From the NCBI GenBank assembly GCA_964247055.1, contig OZ176053.1, positions 12,648,001-12,712,000 of the forward strand: 64,000 nt of DNA, read 5' to 3'. Origin of the DNA: Paragordius varius (lineage: Eukaryota; Animalia; Nematomorpha). Both the position numbers and the translations under genes were made by a program. Positions 11,301 through 22,758 of the stretch are shown here, in pieces. Positions within the stretch are counted from its first letter, which is position 1. Every line of letters begins with the position of its first letter. The notes under the pieces were generated by a model that saw nothing but the letters and a program-made list of their open reading frames with translations, did not search any database and had not been told where the DNA came from.

Positions 11301-14300
11301 TAATTCAACGCTAAAAATAAATTACATTAACTTAAAATTTAATAAATAATTTATAATTAACAATAAATAGTAATTCTTTGTAATATTAAAAAAAGTGTTA
11401 TTTTTGCTTGAAAAAATGTTGTCTTTGGTTGAAAAAATGTTGCGTTTGGATGAAAAAATGTTGCGTTTGCTTGAAAAAATGTTGCGTTTGCTTGAAAAAA
11501 TGTTGTCTTTGCTTGAAAAAATGTTGCATTTGCTTGAAAAATTGTTGCCTTTGCTTGAAAAAATGTTGCGTTTGCTTGAAAAAATGGTGCGTTTGGTTGA
11601 AAAAATGATGTTTTTGCATGAAAAATGGTATACATTTTTAAAAAAAAATCGAAATTGAAAAAAATTCTATTTCAAACCTTTTTACCACCATTTTTTTCTT
11701 TAATTTTTTTAATCGCCAATACAATAGGCATAGAAATCTATGTTATGGATGAAAAATGTAAATAATTAACTTTATTAAGCTTTTAAATTGCATTTTACCA
11801 TCAAAACTTGATGTTTATTGATTTTTAAGTCAGTTGTTGTATTGGATTGGTCGTAAATTTAGACTCTTGTTACAAAACTGTAAAAAATATAAACTTTTGA
11901 TCTAATACAGGAAAACAATGTTTGATAATCAAATTTAGTAAAATATATAAAATCACATTATATAATACAATTGATAAAATTTAATTTAAGATAATTGCAA
12001 ATATAATATGTGGTGCTTCAACTAGCATTTAGATCTGAAAGCAGACAATCTTAATTATAAATTATCTGGATAAAATCGAACGATCATTTATTATAATTTT
12101 TATTAAAATACTAAAACAGGCTGGCTTTTCGGATTTCATCTTTGAAATTTCTGATTAAGTGTAACAAATAATTACAATTGAGTTAAGGCCATGCTGAGCT
12201 CGGTTTATAATTCCAAATGTATTAATCCAAAACTTAAAGTTTTATCAGTATAACTTCTTAGGAAACCAGAACAAGAGAATTTTTAGTATTAGATTGTTAG
12301 AAAACTATTTTTAAATAACTGTGTAGCTGTATTATCTGGCTGCAAGGTAATAATTAATATCGATACGAATAATGAGTAATTTTCTTAGAACGATACATAT
12401 AAAAAATTGAAATGAGTTTATCTTGGTTGACAATTTTTAATATATTTTTACATTAACATTTTTCAAGTATCGTTTCATAAAATTGTAAATTTTTTATAAA
12501 TAACTTTTTAGAGCCATGATCTAATGTTTGTTGTATTAAATTAAAAATGTAAAAATATTACCGACGTATTTCATGTTAAGATATCATTGATTTTACCATT
12601 ATCAGAAAATTCAAATTTGTAACAATACATATACATTACGTAGACCATGTGTAACGAATACCCTTATGATTGATAAAAATTATGAAGTACCATCCCTTGA
12701 ACAAAAACCAGTGTTGTTTGATTCAGGGATCGAGGAAGACATAAATTTTGAGGTATCTGCCCCATGTGGTCTTTCTCAAACAACTCAGCAATCAAATCAT
12801 AACAACTCAACAGTCAATGATATTGGAAAAACTATTATGTATAATGGCAATAATTGTGTTAACTCACCTCCCATCCTTCGTTTTACAATAAACGATAATA
12901 ATGATAGAAACCGCCATGATTATAATGAAATAATTAATCAAGAAAATTTGTTACCTAACAATCCTGTTATTTACAACAATGATATTAGTAAAACCGAATT
13001 TGTCCTTTCTCCATTCTACAGTCCGTATTGTTGCAATAAAGTAAGTGGACAAACACCACATCCCCTATACGATAAAACTAATTTACTGCCTTGGTTTAAT
13101 ACCACTATACCTCATTCTACCCCAAAGTAAGTTTGCTTAACCATAAGTTAATTTACGCGTAGTTACAGTAAATATTAAAATTATAGGGACTACTAAACGA
13201 ATAAAACTAAAAGTCAAATATTCTTTTAAAAAATAACTCCATTGGGTTGCTAAACAGGAATTATATAACTTATGTAGGAAAATTAAGGTTTCAAAAAGCA
13301 TGGTTTTGATTGTGTATCGTTTTTGTTTAATGGCTAGCCATTGTATCCGCATAGAAGCTGCCAGTAATATTCGCGATCCTGCCAGGCGTTATCATCAATG
13401 TTAGCAACACTTAAATCATTATTTATTGTTTTTTCCCAGTTAAAAATTGTCTCCCTGCGATTGTTACCTACGGGATGTAGAGATAATGTTTTATTTGTCC
13501 ATTGTTCTGGAGCACGTGTGATGTGTCCGAAATATCTAAATTGTCTTTTAGTTTTTACGTTTTTTCTGTATTTTATCTATTTTTTTTCTTTTACCTTCTT
13601 TAGAAATCCTCATATGCTAACGGACAAATCGCCATTTCACCTTACTAATTCTCATCAATCAAACAGTTTGGAACAAAGCAATGATTGCAAAGACCTTTTC
13701 CTTATGAACTCAGCATCTCTTTACACCCCTAAGACCCCGACCCCGCTTAAAATTGCTCTAGCTTGCATTGATAATGCAAATAAAACCACAAACACATTAA
13801 CACACAAAAAAATTGGAAAATTACGACATTTAACCGATGAAACGTGGGATACTGCTCAAAATTCAAATAAAGAAAATGAAAACGGGGCAAATCTTGCCAA
13901 AAACTCAATAAAACAACCTTTTGTGCAAAAACAACAACAACAAGTAATTATTCATAGATTAGTGATTTGGCTCGTGACTGATTTCAAAAAGAAGTCCGAC
14001 CGTTTAAATTGCAATCAATCACGGCCACAAAAGTTAATCAAGCCCGATTTCAAAATACATAAATTAAAATGATATAATCAAATTGATTAGTGTGATACAA
14101 TCACAGATAAATATTGTTTTTTACCCTAAATTCTTTTGAAAAACATGACGGCTTTTTTGAAAGAGTTTAATGCATTTATAAGTGGACTAATTATTAATTC
14201 CCTAAAAATTTTACTTTACAATATATTAAAATTATTTTTAGAAAAACTTGGATGAATTATATGACCTGATAAATATTAATGAGTTTTTCCCCATGGAACA

Positions 14301-15740
14301 AAACCAACCCATTACGTTAGATAATATTTCTCCCTTTGGTAATAATCCCCATACCAGTTATTCTCCACTTGGTAATGAACCACCATGTTTTGGAACAACA
14401 CTTTCAAACTCAAGTTTCATTTCACCCTTACTGATGCGAGATGAATTATTTTGCGTATGTTCTATTCTATTTCATGTTTTACCAATAATTACGGTAAAAA
14501 GACGCGACAATATTTTTTAAATTTTAATATGACTATAGTTACTAATTGTGGTAAAACAACACTCACTATGTAATATCATAAGGTTTAATTATGGGTCTAT
14601 GTTTTTTTATTATCAATTTTACTATATATAATATAGTAAAAATTTAATTAATCCAATAAAAAAAAGTAAGAGACAAACATTTTTGAGAACCATACTTTTT
14701 CAAACTAAATAACAATTTTGTTACTAATTTATATTTTCCTGATTTTAAGGCGCAACGATAAGTGTTATTTTGAAAAATCAACGTTTAAAAATATGGTTGT
14801 CTTTTACACTTTGCCAGTATAAAAATAATATTTACTGTATATGGTTTTTTGATCAGGTACCCCTATCAACAACTCCGACACCACTAAAACCTGATTTTTG
14901 GCCTTCCTCTACAATCTCGCATGATTCTTTGGATTCGCATACTCCTATCAACACCAAGAATAGTTGCCAAGAAAACAAATCAACTACTAAATGTGCAATT
15001 TATAACGATCATAATGTAAGTTTTAATCTCTCTCTATGTTTAATATGTTTATCTGGCTTTTTATGCATTAGTTAATTAACGGGTTTTTGAAAAAATATTT
15101 ATTAATACTACGATAGGATATCTTAATACAAAACATATATTTCAAACAATCGATTTTCCAAAATTTGTTAAATATAGGAATGATTGTGGCAGATTATATA
15201 TTTACAATTTTTCTTATATGATTGATATCTCCTAACTAGATTAATCAAAACAGCACATTCTCAGATTCGTTTAATGTTGAATATCGGGCAAGACTTTTGG
15301 AGGAGTTTCGCAAAGATTTATCTAAACTGCAAAACAATGACCACAATTACCATATTGGCACATGTAGTACTGCATCAAAGGATTATATACCTCAATCAAA
15401 AGTATATTTAAGTTTTTGCCTTAAAACTGTGATGCCGTTTTTATAAAATATTGAGTTATGTTTTTTTGTGAAGGTTTCATACATTGTTTGGTAATTAATA
15501 AGTTTGTGTAAAACTTTGACTATTATTTTAAAAATATTTTTTTTTCCAATGTCATTTTATGTAAAAAAATAATATGTTACCATGAGTTTATAAATATTTA
15601 TAAAATATTTATACAAACGGTTTATATGCCTGCTAATTTATTAGACCCCTTCAAAATCCTTATATAATGGACACGAGTTCCAAGATGCCATGATTGAAAA
15701 AGCAAAACATTTTTTGGACGAAACGCAATCTTTCAACTAA
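7447..15740 (+). CDS. Myb: B-Myb/Dm-Myb-like transcription factor (R2R3 plus C-terminal conserved region)
   Basis: Spliced R2 KGSWSKE|EDEIIIRLVNVNGPTKWSHIAKNLKGRLGKQCRER|WHNHLNP and R3 ..WTTEEDLIIYNAHKVLGNKWAQIAKLLPGR|TDNGIKNHWNST. C-terminal Myb motifs PFKPLPFSPSHFLN, TPKTPTPLKIAL, MIEKAKHFL. Exons approx 7447-7491, 7558-7661, 8462-8590, 8675-9121, 9329-9569, 9785-9963, 12644-13126, 13604-13943, 14242-14454, 14857-15015, 15240-15401, 15646-15740, with compatible phases. Start codon uncertain (frame is open back to an acceptor at 7407). Confidence 0.93.
8313..8338. repeat. (TA)n microsatellite
   Basis: Uninterrupted TA run in a Myb intron. Confidence 0.95.
10143..11632. mobile_element. Foldback-type element with ~500-bp inverted arms built from 21-bp tandem repeats
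   Basis: Arm 10143-~10670 is a near-identical reverse complement of ~11080-11632. Each arm has ~10 copies of ttttttcaagcaaacgcaaca. A second 21-bp unit (ttgaacacttcaagttggtcc) sits at the inner edge. AT-rich spacer; lies in Myb intron 9964-12643. No clear TSD. Confidence 0.85.
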
Positions 15741-16642
15741 TCTCTGAAATCTGATGCATTCATTTTAAACGAAAATCTTTTGATCTCAACAACTAAAATC
15801 TCAATGTATTTTTAATGAATAATTATAAGTTATTATAAAAATTATTTATTTTATTTTGCCAAACTACTAGCTAATTCTTGCATTTTGACATTTTTTAATT
15901 TTTTATGCATTATAATAATATTTTGTATATTTTTATGCGCAACAATTTGATAATATAATTTTTATATATGTTTGGCTTAAAGTTCGTAGAGTGTCCGCCT
16001 TCAAATGCAAAATTTGTAACATACCATTTGTATAAAATGATTTTTAGTAAATTTCATGGTTCTTAATTTCATAATTATTTATTATCTAATAAAATCCATC
16101 TGCTTTTTATTTGACACTTTTTGGGTAGTTATTAGCTTATTTCAAATAATTAAAAAAGTATCTATGATATTGGGCCAAATTTATTTAGATTCTCTTTAGG
16201 GATTGTATAAAAAATATTTGCAAATTTTATAAGTTGAAAAAATAATCACCTCAAATTTTTAGCCACCAAAATTTTTCTTGATTTATAACTCAAAACAAGG
16301 ATGTTAAAATATCAAATTTTTTTAAATATATTTAATATTTTGACAACAAATTTTATTAATATTGTTTAGCTGTTTTGTTAAAAACTGTAAAAAGTAAAAG
16401 CCTTAAATTAAAATGAATGATAGTTATATTTCAATCAATGATTCATAGGTGGCGACGAAATCATATAAAAATGCGCGAAACAAAGTCGACCCGCTTGGCC
16501 TTCATTTATACCTCTTCTGTGGGAAGTATATCTAATTGAGACCCTTTCAACCCCTTTCAAGGATATTAAATATTGGTTTTAAAAAACAAAACCCCAAAAA
16601 TCATGTCTTTAAAACTATTCCGCACAAAACGTGTAAGCTCAT

Positions 16643-17204
16643 TTAACACTTCGATTCAAATTGGGGTATCTAAATACCCCAGACTAAATTTAAATTAATA
16701 TTTCTAAAAAACTACTGAAGGAAACGGTCCCAATTTAAATTTATGCTTCTATCCTGATAAATATTATATAAATATGCCAAAATATCTTGATAAAATTTTG
16801 TTTTGAAAAAAAAGCTCCATCTCAAACTACTTCGACGCCATTTTTATTTTACAAAATTTTTGCAAAATATCGTCTTTATTTGATTTTAAGGGTAAAACTA
16901 AAGCTAATTTTTTATATAAATTACATCTAACATTGATAGAAATAGAAAAAGCGATTTAGTTTGTATAATTTTTTAATTTTACAATTTGACACATGTCACG
17001 TTGACGAAATTTTTACCTTTCGGTTTTAGATTAAAATAAGTAATATCAAGTATTTTTGCATAAATTTTTTATATATTTCGGTTAATTAATGTTAGATAAG
17101 TGCAAAAATTTGCCATGGTTTCGATTCTTTCTATATTTTTCAAAGAATTTAATTTTTAACAGCCCTGGGGTATTTAACTACCCCAATTTGAATCGAAGGA
17201 CTAA
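16643..17204. mobile_element. MITE with ~37-bp TIRs, piggyBac-like (TTAA-CACT left end)
   Basis: ttaa-cacttcgattcaaattggggtatctaaatacccca (16643-16681) is inverted at 17166-17204 (tggggtatttaactaccccaatttgaatcgaaggactaa). Right end slightly decayed. Confidence 0.65.
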
Positions 17205-17935
17205 AATGAGTGTGATGTATTAAAGTGTTAAATTCATTTTTTTATTGCGCCAATTAAAAGCACCTATTAAACCTCTACTCTCATTATATGACTTTTTTAT
17301 GCAAAATAGTACCTAAAAAAATTTTGGAACAATTTTTCACCGAAGTTATAACAATAGTTTTTATGTGTTTTAATGTTAAAGTTTAATCTATGCTTTTTAT
17401 AAATTAGTCACTAGGAAAAGTAGGTGAAATGCGCCACCATGTAATAACAACGCGGCTTGGAAGAAATTTTTGAAATTAATACCATATAAATCCAGTAAGA
17501 GTTTTAGCCATTTCAAGTAAAAAATAATTTTAGTTGGCGCTTTTTTAAAATAGCTCCTTATATTAATAGACCAGCCTATACGTGGATTTTAGCGAATTCA
17601 GGAAGAGCTCAAATTTGAATTATCTTAGGCATTATCTCATAAAGGCAATTTATTAAGCGGTTTCATATAAAATTAGTGAATTTAAATCCATGATTTTCGT
17701 CTTTCAAATTTGGCCTATTTAAAAAATTAATTTTTTTAATAAATTTCCCATAAGACATATTATTTAAGGTTTATAATAATTTTCAATTTTTGCATATAAA
17801 GATGGATGGTGTAAAAATTATATATTAATTTATTGTCGTCTAATCTATTAGCATATATGTATGGATATAGATATTAAAACATATTTATCTGCATTGATTT
17901 TTTTAAATTCAAAATAAATAAAAACTAGGCTAAAA

Positions 17936-19848
17936 TTAAGGATTTTGATATAAGAGATAGTGAATAACATCTTTCGGTAAATAGCTTAAAGATTTATACA
18001 ATGATGGAACTAGTTTGATTTTAGAGTAAAAATGACTATGTTTATTATACCATATATTTGAGATTTTTGTGTCACCATTTATGCCATACTGACTATTTTT
18101 ATTGGTTAAGTTATTATTTTGATTTAGAGTTAAATATTTTTCGTCTTTATTTTGGGCAAGACTTCCAAACAAAATGAAAGAATCCACATTACTTCCAATA
18201 TGTGATCGCAAAAAGCTTCTTACAATGCTGGCAAGAGTTGGGGGGAAAATATTTTTGTGTGGCTCCTCCTTATGTAAATCGATATTTGGATAATTTTGAG
18301 ATATTAAAATCTCTATCTGAGAACGATAATTTTTTAATGCGTTCACAATAGAATTAAGAAAATGTTGCAATAAATGTGTAGGGTAATTTACAATGAGATG
18401 TTCAAAGTTTAAAATTCCCTGAATGATTGAATCGCGTAACAGAGATTCAACAATATTAAAACATTCCTTTCGTAATTCAAGTGAAGTTTTGTCGATTGTA
18501 TACATGTTTAAAAGAACCGTAGTGTAAAATATAAGCAAGCGTAAAAATTTCAAAAGCCTAACGTATGTATTAAATAATGCTTTTTCTTGTTTGCGCATTA
18601 AATTTTCCGTTAAAGCATCCTGAACCTCGGACTTTAATTGAACGATAAGGTATTTAATTTTATTAGCAATGTAAAATAGTGGTAAATGCCCATTTAAATC
18701 TCGGATTGTCAAAATATTACGATACATCATTCCGTCATATCTAATTAGGTATTCCGCCGTAAGAATTTTATTGTTTTGAATGGCTTTGTGTAACGAAGTA
18801 AGACCCATGTAATCTTGTGCTCTTATATCAATGTCGAAATCTAAAAATCCTGGATTATCATTAAAACTCGAAAATAATAGGGGTATATTAAGAAATATAT
18901 GGGTTTTAAGTAATGTCGCTATATCTAAAAACAAATCATTTAGAGGTTCATTGAATAAGGATATATCCAAAAAAGGCATCAAATCTGATTCAACTAAATG
19001 TATTATATATCTGACTGGCAGATCAAAAAGTTTTTGTCCATTAAATATTTTATTTACAATATGAAAATTATTAAGAGGCTCAGACGAAGACATGATAGAA
19101 TGCAGCAAATTTTCACCATGTTTTGTCGAAATTTGGATTAAATCTTCATATTTTGTTAGATTATATTGATCAAATATCATTTTGTACATACGCAAAAACG
19201 AAAATACATCAATATGAGATAAATAATAAAGGGGTGTATAGCCCTGAGGATCAGTATGAAATAAAGATGCCCCGTGTTGTATAAGTTGAAATATGATTTC
19301 TATATGCGATTCATAATTATTATCAAAATTTTCCGAATAAAAAAATTGACCATTGGTAAAAAGGTTTGAAATAGCGTAGTTAAGTGGAGTATAACCGGCA
19401 TCATCAGATAAATTAGATGCACATTTATTAAGTAATAAAAACTTTACAACATCTTTGTTTTTCCCAGTTACAGCATAAAAAAGGGATGATCTTTTGTGAA
19501 AATCACTAACATGGATATTGGCTTGATTAGCAGCAAGGAGTTTGACCATGGCAATATCTCCATTTTTACATGCGTAAAGCAAAGCTGTTAGGCCTTCACT
19601 ATCAAATTGATTGATACTGCATCCATTATCAATCAATAATTTACCTATATATAAATAGAATTATTACACATAATTGGATCAGAATTTTGGGCAGCTATAC
19701 AAATTGGCGGTTTTTCAAAAGATCCATGACGAAATCTAAAATCCACATCAAATCCTTGGTCTAGTATATTTTTTGCTTTATTGCTATCCTTGCTCTGTAA
19801 AGCTATATAAAAATCACAACTAAGGCTCATTATATATGGATTAGTCAT
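17936..19848 (-). CDS. Ankyrin repeat and SOCS box (ASB-like) protein, 2 exons
   Basis: Several ankyrin repeats (GLTALLYACKNGDIAMVKLLAANQANIH, GYTPLNYAI, GLTSLHKAIQNN). C-terminal PPTLASIVRSFLR and LPKDVIHYLLY resemble BC and cullin boxes. Exon 1 19848-19668 joins exon 2 starting at 19644. Confidence 0.85.
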
Positions 19849-20900
19849 TTAAAAAACCAACATATAAAAAGTGATTGTTATGTTTTTCACGATTTTTGAT
19901 GATTTTATTTTAAATCTTATTGCCGGCAATGATACTACAACTACAGTTAATATATTTAAATTATAACATTTTAATGAATGGATCTAGATAAAATTTATTG
20001 TTCATTACCCAATCATTTTTCTTTAAACGATTAGATTTTGGAGGCTGAGGCACTTGCAAAATGACAATTCTTCCTAAGATGATTAAATTTAATTATCAAC
20101 ATTATGCTCCTTTATTTGGCAAACAATGTTATATTTTTATCATTTACTTCCAGAGTATGCTCTTAATAAAGAATTATTTTTTATTTTGAGGAAATAATTT
20201 TTCCTTTTGAGATATTTTTCAAATGGATTTATATAAAACTACCCCAAATTAATAAATTTTTGCATAAAATTACATTTCAATATATATATCACATAAACAG
20301 TTGCGATATTGCAGTAGTCTTTCTAAATAATACCTGGTCACAAAAATATCTTGATGTTGGATCCTTATAAAAAAGCTTTAGGGCTCTCTGATTCTTATTA
20401 TTGGGCTTCAGGGTCATAAAATAATTGCCTTTTAGTGGTAATTGCACCATATATAACAATCCTAAAACTTGCTGTTGTGCCCGAACTAATAAATATATAT
20501 ATACTGACAGATAATATCGGTATCATTCAGCATTAATTCTTGGGAATCTCTAATGATATTTGAAAATTATTTCCAATTTTTTAATTTTTTCGAGATCGAA
20601 AAATCACAAAATCGGTGCATATTATACTAAATGATTTTTCTAAAAAACATATTAAAATTATACACTGTCGGCAAAATGAATAAAGTATATATATTCAAAT
20701 GGAAATGTATTAAGATATGGTGGTGTTTTGGTTTTGGCCGTTACGAGTGATTTAAGGAAGTTTACACTATTGTGCTGAGTGCAATATCAGAAAATGGCAA
20801 AATTTCCGCATATTTTTTAAATAAAATTTTTTGGACAAAGCCAAATGTTTTACAGAAAAATCAGCAAAATATATCACTAACTCAAAAAATCAAAGGCATA

Positions 20901-21540
20901 GTTAAAAAATATTTTTAGATCAGGGCTCCGAAAGTTCAAATTTTATTTTGCTCTTCCAATATGGGCCACTTTTCCTAATATAAACGCAAAAATGCCGGGA
21001 TCGCGCGACTTAAATTTTAAATATATGTTTTAACTATCGACTAAAAATATTTAAAAAAATTGATGAATATACTATTTGAAGCATGATGGATACAGTATAT
21101 AAATGCTTTAACATATTATAAAAACACTTTCATATAATTCGATGATGCTGAACATTTCTACACATTTGTTCGCTTTTAATTTATGAAAATATAAATTGTT
21201 TTTTTACAAAAACTAAATTTGAAAGCATAACAACCATTAAATTAAATTTCTATGGTGAAATAACGTTCAGCATAATCAAATTATATAAATTTAAAAAATA
21301 TTTTTATTATATATTTAAGCGTTTTTAAACGTTACTACTATGCCTGAAAATAGAAAGTATGCATCATAAAACTATACTAAAAATATTTTTAAAAAAATTG
21401 TTTGAAATATTATTGGTTAATATATTTAGCCAAGACTTTAAAATATCGTGCAAGTCCAGAATTTCTCGCTTTTTTTAAGAAAAACAGCCCATTGGTAGAG
21501 TAAAAAAATGGGGTTTCAGAGCTCCCATCTAAAAATTAAC
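20901..21540. mobile_element. Long degenerate palindrome (foldback MITE)
   Basis: 20911-~21170 aligns in reverse complement with ~21250-21536 (atttttagat..gctccgaaa..gggcca..aaacgcaaaaat; gatgatgctgaaca vs cgttcagcataatc). A related direct copy of one arm lies at ~24940-25030. Confidence 0.7.
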
Positions 21541-21906
21541 TTTTCTTGAAAATTTTGTTTTGCTTTTTATATATAGATTATGATATATTTTGGGATATTT
21601 TTTGGAATGAAGCCTCTAGCTTTCCCTGAAATTTTAAAACCGGAACCGTTTTCTAATAAAATCTCAGAAGGCGGGTTCCGGTTCCATAGAATAAAAAGTA
21701 ATATTAATTAAAAATAAAATAATAAGGTATAATGATAGGTGTGATGTATGTGTGTATGGGTTAGAGTTTGGATGTGGCAGGGATATGCGATGAGTATGGG
21801 CTGTAAGATTATAAAAAAATTTGTATCCAAATAATCAAATCATGTAATATAATAAATATTTATATAATATATATATAAGTAATAAAAAAATAGATATGGC
21901 AGCAAA

Positions 21907-22758
21907 TCATCCTTTCGCCTCTATCTTATTCAAGAAAAGGGAACTCCAATCCGCAATCTCGTATTCATTGTAACCTTTCGACGATCTTTTCTCTTCAGTT
22001 TTTTCTATTAATTATGTTAATATAATCAAATTCTCTTTTATATAAATATTCGGTTGTCAAATAATATACACATATACTTTTAAAAGCCCTTTACTCCCAT
22101 CTCAAAAGGTATAAACAAAATTTTGACTAATTTGACTGTTAGACTAAAGCGTGTGAATATTTAAATTTTAAAAACCTGAAGTTGTCAAATCCCAATCATC
22201 AAAATCATCGTCATAAATATTATTTCTGAAAAGTTCGGCGTAACGATCCTCCACTTCGGGAGAGGTATCTGAATAAAAAATTTGATTTGTTAAATTTAAA
22301 AACATGTGTGAGTCATTAATTATAAACTAAATGTTTAATATATAATGGTATCTCACTTGCAGACGATAGAGGACTATCCGGAGTCCAAACATAATACAGT
22401 CGGTTTTCGTTAAACCTAACTTTCTTTTTGGGTTCTATTTAGTAAATATATTTTTTGGATATAAAATTGCATTCATATTTTATGTAGTAGATATAAGTTT
22501 AATTTAATTACTCATTATGCTAGTGGAAGCAACTGGAGAATTTTGTGGACTTGGTGATTTTTTAATTAGATTTGAGTGATGTGGAATAACCTTCTGTTCA
22601 ACCGTTGAAGGAATCGGAATACTTTCCGAATTCTCGGCTTCTCTCCTATCCGGACAACAAGACAAGCAACAAAATAATTTTTTCCAGTCTGCGATTAAAG
22701 TTTTTAAAATGTTAAATAAAGTTTTCAAAAATTTAAAATTTATGTCCATGAATAACAT
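21907..22758 (-). CDS. Orphan protein (~140-170 aa) with Cys cluster, KKKVRF motif and acidic DDFDDW patch
   Basis: Exons 22758-22512, 22434-22357, 22268-22176 (or read through to TAA ending at 22168), and probable 22004-21907. All GT-AG, phase 1, frames stay open. No family recognised. Confidence 0.7.

Noticed and set aside
10168-11610. CRISPR-like appearance of regular short repeats
   Set aside because: Units are contiguous with no unique spacers, there are no cas genes, and the context is eukaryotic.
10111-11658. Stacked ORFs such as MQKHHFF.., KKCCVCL.., LLEKML.. and the duplicated FKHFDFAHK ORFs
   Set aside because: They arise from 21-bp (7-codon) arrays and the inverted duplication inside a Myb intron; repeat-driven, not genes.
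13398-13603. Hydrophobic N-terminal part of the 224-aa ORF, suggesting a membrane protein
   Set aside because: It is Myb intron sequence (poly-T tract before the acceptor at 13603); only 13604-13943 is exon.
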